A stretch of 64,000 nucleotides of DNA from Patescibacteria group bacterium (GTDB lineage: Bacteria; Patescibacteriota; Patescibacteriia; 2-02-FULL-49-11): contig JBAZQN010000001.1 of NCBI GenBank assembly GCA_041645165.1, positions 53,971 through 117,970 of the forward strand, given 5' to 3'. Below are positions 1 through 8,770 of this stretch, one piece after another. The position numbers were made by a program, and so were the translations under genes. Under the pieces are notes generated by a model. That model ran no database searches and was not told where the DNA came from. It was given only the letters and a program-made list of their open reading frames with translations. Every line of letters begins with the position of its first letter. Position 1 is the stretch's first letter.

Positions 1-672
1 CGGCCGCAATAAACTTCGTATAAAGCATGGTGGAGAGTGTGATGCGGCCGAACGCAGATATACGCAGATATTTTTCTACTGTCTCATATTTTATTGATTT
101 TTTTGTTTCTGGATCCCAGATCTCGGTCTGGGATGACAAGAAACGTGTAAGTCCTGACAGGTTAAGAATAGGAAACGTACCATTTGGCCCGAAATGGTAT
201 ATTGTCGAATGCGTACGCACTCACTGTGTGGGCATCGCCATCCTCGCGGTTTAAGCCCCCCTCTTGATCTCCCCCCTGATAGGGGGGAGACCACACGCCT
301 TGTCCTCCCCCTAAAAAGGGGGAGGTATGGCGGGGGTGTTTTAGGGGTGGGAGCATGTGAGTCCAGTGTAATTCCATTTGACCCGAAACCTCCCCTCGCG
401 TCCCTTCCTTCTCGAGGAGGGGATATTCAGATAGTGCGCTTGTTTCAAGTTCTCAATTCGAATATAATAGAAATGAGGCTATTGAGGGACTACATAAATC
501 GAAATGGTTACTAGAAGGGACAAATTTGGTGAAATATCGTACCCTGATTACATAAAATAGCACGTTAACAATGTTCGCAGCGCGGAAATGGCGATCAGTA
601 TCGTTGGTCACCACCACGGCGCTGCTGAACACTAAAAAAAGCTTTTTCAAAAAGATAGGGAGAAAGGAGGTG

Positions 673-816
673 ATGATGATGGGATGTAGTCCAGATAAAG
701 CTGGTTGTGCTTCCGGGACTCCTCGGAAGACTTCGATCCAGAAGACTCCTCGGAAGACTTCGATCCAGAAGACTCCTCGGAAGACTTCGATCCAGAAGAC
801 TTCGCGGATCCGGTAA
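673..816 (+). CDS. small repeat peptide (47 aa, TPRKTSIQK x3), hypothetical
   Basis: ATG triplets at 673-681 lie 5 nt after a strong SD (aaaggaggtg). The frame reads MMMGCSPDKAGCAS followed by three copies of TPRKTSIQK encoded by a 27-bp tandem repeat. The longer 571 ORF has no RBS. Confidence 0.25.
   Translation: MMMGCSPDKAGCASGTPRKTSIQKTPRKTSIQKTPRKTSIQKTSRIR
716..796. repeat. perfect 27-bp tandem repeat x3 (actcctcggaagacttcgatccagaag)
   Basis: Read directly: three consecutive identical 27-mers. The period is a multiple of 3, so any reading frame is preserved. Confidence 0.9.
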
Positions 817-1029
817 ATTATAAGTTCACTTACTCACCTCACCGCGTTTTAAGCCATTCAGGGTCCCTATCCTCTGGATGGCTGTTATTTTTTATAAAAG
901 AAGATTCAAGATAATATTAAAGTGTCATAAAAATTTTGCGTACGCAGAAAAATGATGACAGTTTTGTGGTGCGAACTGGGCACAGATTTGCGTGGACTTA
1001 ACGCAGACAACGCTGACATCATTGTCACC

Positions 1030-1059
1030 GTAGTGGTCGGAGATAAACTCCGACGCTAC
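1030..1059. repeat. REP-like family R copy (gtggtcggagaNaaNctccgacgctac hairpin)
   Basis: Shares the 25-27-bp core with copies at 1108-1162, 18010-18086 and 23159-23228 (reverse). The internal palindrome is tcggag/ctccga. Confidence 0.7.
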
Positions 1060-1107
1060 GAACGTGAGATCATAGACGAGCTATGACGCTACAAACGACA
1101 ATTGTAT

Positions 1108-1162
1108 GTAGCGTGGCAGTTTATCTGCCACCACGTGGTCGGAGACAAGCTCCGACGCTACG
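1108..1162. repeat. REP-like family R full copy (gtagcg-tggcag..ctgccac..ggtcggagacaagctccgacg-ctac)
   Basis: Two nested hairpins inside an outer gtagcg/cgctac inverted repeat. The same architecture is seen at 18010-18086 and 23159-23228. Confidence 0.7.
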
Positions 1163-1305
1163 GATTGAAATTGCCAGAGGTAAGATCATGGAACGAGGTT
1201 CAAAAAGGGAAACGTGCCATCTGGATCTAAATGGCTCATTTTTTAGCGTTAAAATACTATTTTGTGGTATAATTTTTATATTATTATCAGGATAACGTGA
1301 CCGGA

Positions 1306-2934
1306 ATGAAAAAACAGACTGCGTTTTTGGCTATAATGATAGTGCTTTTTTTGTTGCCCATTCCTATATTTGCGGCGCGGACGGTGAAAACCGCGGGGAG
1401 TAGCACCGTCTATTATGTGGATGACGGAGGGGTGAGGCATGCGTACCCAAACCAACATACGTACCGTAGTTGGTTTGGAGGGACCCTTCGACAAGCTCAG
1501 GGTGACAAATTAATTGAAACGGTGAAGGTTGAAGAGTTGGCGGGGATTGCGTTGGGGAAAAATGTGACGATGCGGCCCGGGTCCTTGGTGAAGATTCCTA
1601 CTGCGCCGCAGGTGTATGCGGTGGAGGCAGGCGGCATATTAAGGCCGATAGTGGGAGAGCAGACGGCAATCGACCTCTGGGGGAAGGATTGGGCAAAGAA
1701 AGTAATAGATATGCCAGAGGTATTTTTCAGCGATTACCAGATTGGCAAATCAGTGCGGGGAAGGGCGGATTTGCCTGATGGCACGTTGGTGAAATTGGAG
1801 ACCCCCCCAAGTGAGCCCCCCCTTGGTAAGGGTGGGACAAGTGCGAATTACTATTATTTCAAGGATAAAGGAGTTTTGAGACCATTTAAGGATGTCGCGG
1901 CGGTTAAGGAGAATAGGTTGGATACGAGTGTAGCGGTGGTTATCCCGCAATTATTTCCCATACGAACCCGCGTGATAAGCGGGTTAGAGTCGCGGATTGT
2001 CGAGCCACAATGGGACCTTTTGATAAATTCCGTGGACTGCGAAGCGGCAAATTTGCGCGCTGCTGTAATTTATCTTTCCCGCGGTTCCGGGAATACTGTC
2101 ACGAAATTAAACCTGTGGCGCACTTCGGTGGCGTCCTCCTGGGAGAGGAGAACCGACGTGCTGTCGCTTATCTCTATTGATCCTGTGGAAGAGATGGTAT
2201 TGGAGGATCGCTTTTTAGGCAGTACCACCCTTGAGATGCAGGAAATCAGCCGCACGTTTTTTGATACGCACCGCGATGTGTATGATTTCCTCTTTGTCTG
2301 GAACCCCGCCGTGCCGGTCAATGGCACGAAGGAACTTGCTGATTTTTGGCCGGTCACCAACCAGATCGACGGTTTGGGAAAGGCGGCGTTCGAGCGCGGT
2401 GAACTCTATGGCAGCAAGGGAAAGCTCAAAGCAGTAATCAATATGGGAAGGCCGGGCGATTATCCCATTGATGACACCGCCGGCATGGCAAGGGCGGTTG
2501 AAACGGGGCTGCATGAGCTGCTCCACCAATGGAGCGGGGAAGCGGATTATAAGGACAGCAAAGGAGCCGATCGCACTGATCTGCAGACCGCGGACGGCTA
2601 TCACTGGTCGCCTCTTGCGGATCTCATTTCCCCGCTTGGCGGATGGGGATGGAGGGACAACGGCGACGGTACGCTCACTTCAAAGCGTTCTCTTTATACC
2701 ACCCAGCAGCTAGCAGATCTTCATTTTCCTGATCTTGATTTATATTTGATGGGATTGGTGCCGAGGCATTCTGTGGCGCCGTTTTCCTATATCGTGCCCA
2801 CTGCGGCAGGCGTTTCGCTCACGGATACGGTCGTGGGAACCCTCCGGAGCGTTAGCATCGATGACGTGGTGTATGGGAATGGTGTGAGAAGGTGCACAAA
2901 CCGTAACATGGGTTATATTCAGGAGATTTGGTAA
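1306..2934 (+). CDS. secreted protein with HExxH motif (putative zinc metallopeptidase) and N-terminal ~55-aa repeat modules shared with the 1235-aa surface protein
   Basis: Signal peptide MKKQTAFLAIMIVLFLLPIPIFAA. Three modules of the G-x-LVK-x-P-x-VY-x-V-x-G-x-LR type, as in ORF 55487-59176. HELLH follows in the C-terminal half. The ORF-track start at 1297 is GTG; ATG 1306 is preferred. Confidence 0.6.
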   Translation: MKKQTAFLAIMIVLFLLPIPIFAARTVKTAGSSTVYYVDDGGVRHAYPNQHTYRSWFGGTLRQAQGDKLIETVKVEELAGIALGKNVTMRPGSLVKIPTAPQVYAVEAGGILRPIVGEQTAIDLWGKDWAKKVIDMPEVFFSDYQIGKSVRGRADLPDGTLVKLETPPSEPPLGKGGTSANYYYFKDKGVLRPFKDVAAVKENRLDTSVAVVIPQLFPIRTRVISGLESRIVEPQWDLLINSVDCEAANLRAAVIYLSRGSGNTVTKLNLWRTSVASSWERRTDVLSLISIDPVEEMVLEDRFLGSTTLEMQEISRTFFDTHRDVYDFLFVWNPAVPVNGTKELADFWPVTNQIDGLGKAAFERGELYGSKGKLKAVINMGRPGDYPIDDTAGMARAVETGLHELLHQWSGEADYKDSKGADRTDLQTADGYHWSPLADLISPLGGWGWRDNGDGTLTSKRSLYTTQQLADLHFPDLDLYLMGLVPRHSVAPFSYIVPTAAGVSLTDTVVGTLRSVSIDDVVYGNGVRRCTNRNMGYIQEIW

Positions 2935-2965
2935 GTAAAAAATATTATTGTTTATTACAAGTATT

Positions 2966-3052
2966 AAAATTTTCAATTTTCAAGTCTCAATTATCAATTA
3001 ATTTTCAATTTATCAATGTTTGAAAATTGGAAATTGAGATTTGAAAATTATT
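2966..3052. repeat. AT-rich palindromic intergenic repeat, family C (tttcaattttcaa...ttgaaaattgaaa)
   Basis: Long imperfect palindrome: caattttcaagtctcaatt pairs with aattgagatttgaaaattg. Related copies lie at 6650-6755, 32897-33020, 34003-34125 and 63270-63400. Confidence 0.65.
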
Positions 3053-3062
3053 ATCATAATTT

Positions 3063-3992
3063 ATGTCTTGGTTTACCATCGCCATCATCGCTTATATACT
3101 TCTCGCGCTTGTCAACGTACTCGACAAGGTCATGATGGAGAATTTCGTGAAGGATGCGCGCGTGTATACGTTTTTGGTGGGAGTATTTGGGCTCCTCTCC
3201 ATCGTGCTCGCGCCCTTAGGATTGACCCTGCTCTCCGCGCCGTTGTTGGGGATCGCGCTTGTTTCCGGGATATGGATGTTTTTCGGGCTCCATTGGTTTT
3301 TCCGCGCGTTGAGTTTGGGAGAAGCTTCGCGGGTCATACCGCTCTCCGGCGCTTCCATCCCCACCCTTACCGTGCTGCTTGCCTTTATCGTGCTCGGTGA
3401 CACCTTTTCCCCGTGGCAGATGTCAGCGATCATCCTTCTCATCGCCGGAAGCGTGCTCCTCACCCATATACCGCAGGAGCACCACTGGTGGAATGCGGTG
3501 ATCAACCGTTTCCGCCATCCCCGCAAGTACCATGACGTGCTGCTTGCCGTGGGTTCGGGATTTGCGTTTGCGCTCTCCTATGTTCTTTCCAAGTACGTGT
3601 ATGACCAATCCTCATTTGTCACCGGTTTTATCTGGGGGCGCATTGGCACATTCCTCGCCGCCCTCTGTTTGCTCACCATCCCGAAGGTCCGCGCGCATCT
3701 TAAAGAAACATTCACCCATTTTATCTCTCCGAAAGGCGCCATGTTTTTCGGGAACCAAGGGTTAGGAGCGCTCGCAGTGGTGCTCCATAGCTATGCGGTG
3801 TCGCTGGGAAGCGTTGCATTGGTGCAAGCGCTGCAGGGCGTGCAATATGCCACGGTGTTTACGATTGCGATACTCGCCTCCATCTTCAGGCCGAAATTAT
3901 TGAAAGAATATCTCACCCCGCGGGTGCTCATGGAAAAATCATTTGCGATTCTTTTAGTCATCCTAGGGGTGGCGATGATAGCACTGCTGTGA
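3063..3992 (+). CDS. DMT/EamA-family membrane transporter
   Basis: About ten hydrophobic segments. The EamA-like signature ALSLGEASRVIPLSGASIPTLTVLLAFIVLGDTFSPWQMSAIILLIAGSVLL is present. Confidence 0.6.
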   Translation: MSWFTIAIIAYILLALVNVLDKVMMENFVKDARVYTFLVGVFGLLSIVLAPLGLTLLSAPLLGIALVSGIWMFFGLHWFFRALSLGEASRVIPLSGASIPTLTVLLAFIVLGDTFSPWQMSAIILLIAGSVLLTHIPQEHHWWNAVINRFRHPRKYHDVLLAVGSGFAFALSYVLSKYVYDQSSFVTGFIWGRIGTFLAALCLLTIPKVRAHLKETFTHFISPKGAMFFGNQGLGALAVVLHSYAVSLGSVALVQALQGVQYATVFTIAILASIFRPKLLKEYLTPRVLMEKSFAILLVILGVAMIALL

Positions 3993-4098
3993 GATGTATT
4001 TCGTATCACGTATTATGTATTATGGGCACGTTCACCGATGCCTAATACGTAATACCTACTGCCTAATACGAAAGGCATGAGAGGGTAGAATTCCATAT

Positions 4099-5391
4099 AT
4101 GGATCAGATAAATGAAGAAATAATCAGTTTCCCTCATGGTTTCCTCTGGGGCACGGCGACTGCTGCCCATCAGGTGGAGGGGGATAACGTTCATAGCGAT
4201 TGGTGGAGTTGGGAAAGAAGCGCGCAAAAGCTGGAGGCATTAAGGCAAGAAGGTAAGAACGCGGATGATTATATTTCAGGGCATGCGTGCGATCATTATC
4301 ACAGGTTCGAGGAAGATATTAATTTAATAAAACTTGGAGGGCAAAACGCGCACCGGCTGTCGCTTGAGTGGTCACGCGTGGAGCCGGAGGAAGGAGTGTG
4401 GGATGAAAAAGAAATTGAACACTATCGGGAGGTTCTAGAAATGCTGAAGCAGAGGGGTATCAAAACATTTGTTACTTTGTGGCACTTTACGAACCCGCAG
4501 TGGTTTGCGGAAAAGGGAGGATGGCTGAAGAGGAGGAACGTGAAATATTTCGTGCGGTATTGCGAGAGGGTAGCGCGGATTTTAGGCGATTTGGTCGACG
4601 TATGGACGACCATCAATGAGCCGAATGTATATGCGCAGGTTGCGTATAATTGGGGCGTTTGGCCGCCGCAGCATCGCTCATATCTGGAGTCATTGAAGGT
4701 TTTTTGGCATTTGGCACGCGCGCACCGCCGTTCCTATGCGATATTGCATCGCCTCACGCCGCACGTGCCGGCGGGCGCCGCGATTAACGTGGTTTCGTAT
4801 GTCGCGCATACGCCGCACCGGTTCTCCTCCCACGTTTCGGTGTGGCTTATGCATATGGCGACAGGTCACCTGTTTTATACACTCACCGGCAGGAACACGC
4901 ACGATTATATTGGCATGAATTATTATTTTCGCACGCGCCTTAAAAATTTATCCTGGAGCCTGAACCCTTCTTTCGTGGATGTGCGCTCACATGGCAGAGA
5001 AACTTCGTCGTTGGGATGGGAAATTTATCCCCAAGGATTGTTTGAGTCGCTTGTTGATCTCTCACGCTACCACAAGCCAATTTATATCCTAGAGAACGGC
5101 ATTGCGACAGATGACGACGGCCAGCGTGCCCGCTTTATCCTTTCACACCTGCGCGAAGTGTATCACGCGATTCGGGAGGAAGTGGATGTGCGGGGCTATT
5201 TCCACTGGTCGCTTCTCGACAATTTCGAGTGGCATGAAGGCTGGAGGCCGAAATTCGGGCTGGTCGCGGTGGACCGGGAGACATTCAAGCGCACTCCCAA
5301 AGAATCGTTTTATCTGTATAAAAGAATTGCAGAAGACAATGCGATAAACCCTAAACTCTCTCGCTACGCGAGATCTGGCGTAGCCAGATAA
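4099..5391 (+). CDS. glycoside hydrolase family 1 beta-glucosidase
   Basis: N-terminal FPHGFLWGTATAAHQVEG. Acid/base TINEPNVYA and nucleophile YILENGIA. C-terminal HWSLLDNFEW. The 3' end, including the stop, lies inside repeat A1. Confidence 0.9.
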   Translation: MDQINEEIISFPHGFLWGTATAAHQVEGDNVHSDWWSWERSAQKLEALRQEGKNADDYISGHACDHYHRFEEDINLIKLGGQNAHRLSLEWSRVEPEEGVWDEKEIEHYREVLEMLKQRGIKTFVTLWHFTNPQWFAEKGGWLKRRNVKYFVRYCERVARILGDLVDVWTTINEPNVYAQVAYNWGVWPPQHRSYLESLKVFWHLARAHRRSYAILHRLTPHVPAGAAINVVSYVAHTPHRFSSHVSVWLMHMATGHLFYTLTGRNTHDYIGMNYYFRTRLKNLSWSLNPSFVDVRSHGRETSSLGWEIYPQGLFESLVDLSRYHKPIYILENGIATDDDGQRARFILSHLREVYHAIREEVDVRGYFHWSLLDNFEWHEGWRPKFGLVAVDRETFKRTPKESFYLYKRIAEDNAINPKLSRYARSGVAR

Positions 5392-5517
5392 ATCCTAAAT
5401 ACTAAACAAACTCAAAATTTCCCGCTTCAGCGGGATCCCGCTTACCTTAAAAAGAAAGAATTCAAGGTGCGGGACAAAATTCAAATATTTTAGTTTAGTA
5501 TTTCGTGCTTAGGATTT
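5350..5517. repeat. repeat family A copy 1 (TIR aatcctaaata.../...tatttcgtgcttaggatt; internal cccgcttcagcggga hairpins), preceded by partial IR-R-like segment
   Basis: Near-identical organisation to 18809-19046. The TIRs and the cccgc..gcggga hairpins are read directly. Confidence 0.7.
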
Positions 5518-6679
5518 GGAATTTCTCATATTTATGGATTTTTTAGAGACCTTTATTCCATTCATAAGAAAGAAACGCGAACATGAGCGGCGCAAGAGGC
5601 GCATTTTGCACGTGGCGATGATTGCGGCGATTGTCATTGTTTTGTTATGCAGTGCGGCGGTGATTGCGTACCGCATGCGCAATCGCATTCCCGACGGCAT
5701 TGCACAGGAGTGGGGCGTGACGTTTTCAAAAAAATATGCAGAAGAATTGGGCATCCCTTGGCAGGACGTTTTTGTTGGCCTCCTTGATAACCTTCGCGTG
5801 CGCTTGATCCGCATTCCTGCGTATTGGGATGAAATTGAGCCAGTGCCCGGCCAATATCATTTTGCCGACCTTGATTGGATGCTTATGGAAGCTGACCGCC
5901 GAGGAGCGAAAGTTCTCATTGCCGTAGGCCGCAGGCTGCCGAGATGGCCTGAGTGTCACGATCCTCTTTGGCTCAAAGACGCGGACCAGCGCAGAACGTC
6001 ATCCCGCTTAGCGGGACCTCAATCGCGGAATAACGCGGAAAGTGAAGATGAGGCAAAAGAGGCGTTGCTGATGTATATTCGTACGGTGGTGGAGCGGTAT
6101 CGCAAACATCCGGCGGTGGCGGCGTGGCAGGTGGAAAATGAGCCTCTTTTAAGCGTATTTGGCATCTGCCCTCCTCCTGACAAGGCTCTTTTGGATGAAG
6201 AAATCAAGCTGGTGAAATCTCTTGATGAGAAGCCGGTTATCCTCACTGATTCAGGGGAGCTCTCGGACTGGATCGAGCTCTCGTCGCGCGCGGACATTCT
6301 CGGCGTGAGTTTATACCGTCTGGTGTGGAACCAGTATTTTGGGTATTTCCATTGGCCGCTCCCTGCATCATATTACCGGAAAAAAGCAGAGCTCTCTTTG
6401 AGTCGCGTCAAGGACGTGGTCATCACCGAGGTGCAGCTTGAGCCGTGGACTGGCGAGCCGATCATCGGAGTGCCAATAAGCGAGCAGCGTCGCACCTTTG
6501 ACCAAGAACGATTTCATGATACTATTGAGTACGCGCGCGAGACAGGGTTGAGGCAGATTTATCTCTGGGGGGCTGAGTGGTGGTATTGGATGAAGGTGCA
6601 GGGGTATCCTGAATATTGGGAAGGAGCGAGGGAAGTGTTTCATAAAAAATCTCAAATCCCAATTTCCAATGACCAATAA
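5516..6679 (+). CDS. membrane-anchored clan GH-A (GH5-like) glycoside hydrolase
   Basis: N-terminal TM helix. (beta/alpha)8-type motifs: acid/base WQVENEPL and nucleophile VITEVQLEPW. Exact start uncertain. Confidence 0.6.
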   Translation: MEFLIFMDFLETFIPFIRKKREHERRKRRILHVAMIAAIVIVLLCSAAVIAYRMRNRIPDGIAQEWGVTFSKKYAEELGIPWQDVFVGLLDNLRVRLIRIPAYWDEIEPVPGQYHFADLDWMLMEADRRGAKVLIAVGRRLPRWPECHDPLWLKDADQRRTSSRLAGPQSRNNAESEDEAKEALLMYIRTVVERYRKHPAVAAWQVENEPLLSVFGICPPPDKALLDEEIKLVKSLDEKPVILTDSGELSDWIELSSRADILGVSLYRLVWNQYFGYFHWPLPASYYRKKAELSLSRVKDVVITEVQLEPWTGEPIIGVPISEQRRTFDQERFHDTIEYARETGLRQIYLWGAEWWYWMKVQGYPEYWEGAREVFHKKSQIPISNDQ

Positions 6680-6755
6680 AATTCAAATTTCTAAATCCCA
6701 AATGTTGGATATTGAGGTTTGAAGTATTGATTGGGCATTGAGGATTGGGCATTAT
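6650..6755. repeat. palindromic intergenic repeat, family C variant (cccaatttccaatgaccaat ... attgggcattgaggattggg)
   Basis: Arms are reverse-complementary and share ttcaaat/ttgaa motifs with the other C copies. Confidence 0.5.
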
Positions 6756-6900
6756 TGGTGTAGTTTATTTCATCGTATCGGAATTTCAATTTCCGCGTTA
6801 TTCCGCGTAAAGGGCAAGCCTGCCACGTACCGTGCCACAGGCTCTGGTGCGGGGCGTGACGTTCCGCGTGAGTCCGCGATTAATGCCGAAGGCTTAATTT

Positions 6901-7860
6901 ATGATTCATACATCAAAAAGAATAAAAATCATAGCTTTTGCTTTCGCCTTGCTTATTGTCGCGAGTGGCGGGTTATTGCTTTTGCGCCGGAAGGAAACAG
7001 CGTCAGTGCCACAGCCCCCAGTGGTGAAACGCTTAAAAGTGGTTACTACCATTCTGCCGCTGTATCTGACTGCACGCGAAGTAGGAGGGCCGCTCGTGGA
7101 TGTGGTGAATCTGATTCCCTTAACGGCGCAGCCGCACGGTTACCTTTTAACCGAGGAAGATATCCGCAACCTTGAGGACGCCGATATTGTCATCACCTCA
7201 GGCACTACAATTGATGCATGGGCTGATGAGGCGCTCAAGATTCTTGATCCTTCCCAGGTAAGCATCCTTCCGGTGGGCAAACGGTTGGAGCTCAAGCCGC
7301 AATTGCCGCTTCTTGCGGGCGGGAAGGCTTCTGGAGAGTTAGATGAACACTTCTGGCTCGATCCGGGAAGGATGATACTAGCGGTGTCTTCCATCAGGGA
7401 TGCCATTTCTGAAAAAAACCCCCCACATAAGGATCAATATTGGGTTCAAACATCGTTTTTTCTGGAAACGCTCGGCATGATAGACCGTGATTTTAGGGAA
7501 CGATTCAAAGGGGCGGCAAGCACGCGCATCGTGAGCAGCCATTTGTCCATGGCGCATTTTATTTCATCCTTTGATCTTGTGTGGGTGGGAGCGATTGCCG
7601 CAGAACCTGACGAGGCGCCCATTCCCGCCCACGCGGACGCGTTAGTGCGCCGTATGCGTGCGGACAAGGTGCGTGCAATATTCAGTGACAGCCTTACGGA
7701 TGAGTACGCGTTAAAAGCGGCTAAAGAATCAGGAGCGAATCTTTTCTTGTTTGATAATTTAGAGGTAGCAAGCACAACGCCTGAATCCTATGAGACCATT
7801 ATGCGGAGAAATATGATGACGATGTCGCGAGCGTTAGGCTATCAGCCGGTGATGGAGTAA
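6901..7860 (+). CDS. znuA: metal ABC transporter substrate-binding protein, ZnuA/TroA family
   Basis: Signal/anchor, then KVVTTILPLYLTAREVGG and an HFWLDP motif typical of the ZnuA/TroA fold. No cognate permease or ATPase is adjacent. Confidence 0.75.
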   Translation: MIHTSKRIKIIAFAFALLIVASGGLLLLRRKETASVPQPPVVKRLKVVTTILPLYLTAREVGGPLVDVVNLIPLTAQPHGYLLTEEDIRNLEDADIVITSGTTIDAWADEALKILDPSQVSILPVGKRLELKPQLPLLAGGKASGELDEHFWLDPGRMILAVSSIRDAISEKNPPHKDQYWVQTSFFLETLGMIDRDFRERFKGAASTRIVSSHLSMAHFISSFDLVWVGAIAAEPDEAPIPAHADALVRRMRADKVRAIFSDSLTDEYALKAAKESGANLFLFDNLEVASTTPESYETIMRRNMMTMSRALGYQPVME

Positions 7861-8006
7861 TGATGATTACATGGTTACACTGTTGTATGGTTAAAATAGA
7901 GGTGAGCAACGAAAATCTGGAATTTGATATTAGGATTTGCCCAGTCATCCGACTGGGCACCCCGTCGAATGACGGGATGGATTTCGGATTTAGTATTTTT
8001 TAATAG

Positions 8007-8078
8007 CGGGGTGTAGCGAAGTGGTATCGCGCACGGTTCGGGACCGTGAGATCGGGAGTTCAATCCTCCCCACCCCGA
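8007..8078 (+). tRNA. tRNA-Pro (anticodon CGG)
   Basis: Manual fold. Acceptor cggggtg/caccccg with the C1:G72 pair typical of bacterial tRNA-Pro. D-stem gcga/tcgc with GG in the loop. Anticodon stem cacgg/ccgtg, loop ttCGGga. T-arm gggag-TTCAATC-ctccc. Discriminator A. No encoded CCA. Confidence 0.85.
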
Positions 8079-8113
8079 TTTGATAATTTTATTTATTATT
8101 AATTAATACGACT

Positions 8114-8509
8114 ATGAAAGGCTATATTGCGAACATCGAAAAAATCACGCTGGAGAATGAAAATTTTCGCAAGGTGCTCTATACCGCAAAGCACAGCCAG
8201 CTGGTGGCGATGAGCCTGAAACCAAAAGAAGAAATCGGCGAGGAAGTGCACACGCTCGACCAGTTCATCAGGATTGAAGAAGGGGAGGGGTTAGCGGTTC
8301 TTGATGGCGTCGAGTATGCCATACATGATGATTATGCCGTGGTAGTACCGGCGGGAGCCAAGCACAATATTATCAATACTTCCTCGGAAAAACCGATGAA
8401 GCTCTATACGCTTTATTCGCCTCCTGAACATCAGGATGGGGTGGTGCGCGAGACCCGCGAGGAGGCGATGGCGAAAGAAGAGCATTTTGACGGCAAGACG
8501 ACGGAGTAG
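8114..8509 (+). CDS. cupin-domain protein
   Basis: Small beta-barrel profile (VLDGVEYAIHDDYAVVVPAGAKHNIIN). Confidence 0.55.
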   Translation: MKGYIANIEKITLENENFRKVLYTAKHSQLVAMSLKPKEEIGEEVHTLDQFIRIEEGEGLAVLDGVEYAIHDDYAVVVPAGAKHNIINTSSEKPMKLYTLYSPPEHQDGVVRETREEAMAKEEHFDGKTTE

Positions 8510-8567
8510 GAGGGAATTGTTAAATTGTTAAATGGCTAATGGTCATATTACTATAGTGAGTTGCTCA

Positions 8568-8716
8568 CCTTATTCCGATTTGTCATTCCTGATTTATTCA
8601 GGAATCCAGTAACAAAAATATAAAATCGATCGTTATGGTAGTTCTGGTTTTCTGGATCCCGCATCTTGAGTGCGGGATGACGGTGAGGAATCGGAATTTG
8701 AATAGCAATTGAGTAT
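8568..8716 (+). repeat. structured repeat family B copy 1 (attccgatt-[gtcattcc..ggaatcc]-..atcgatcg..-[ggatcccgc..gcgggatgacg]-..aatcggaatttgaatagcaattgagtat)
   Basis: Two hairpins with stems conserved and loops variable relative to copies at 60069-60277 and 42921-43030 (reverse). Terminal inverted repeats attccgatt/aatcggaat. Confidence 0.7.
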
Positions 8717-8770
8717 GTCTGCATAAATCAGCGTGATAACCTTTTATCGAACTGTTCCTGTAATCTATTT

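Noticed and set aside
705-914. Alternative-frame ORF across the 27-bp tandem repeat (DSSEDFDPE x3)
   Set aside because: No Shine-Dalgarno for its ATG at 705. The frame starting at 673 has a strong SD, though both remain low confidence.
3041-3400. 119-aa ORF overlapping the start of the DMT transporter in another frame
   Set aside because: Arg/His-rich translation typical of out-of-frame reading of a membrane-protein gene. The 3063 frame gives a coherent 10-TM protein.
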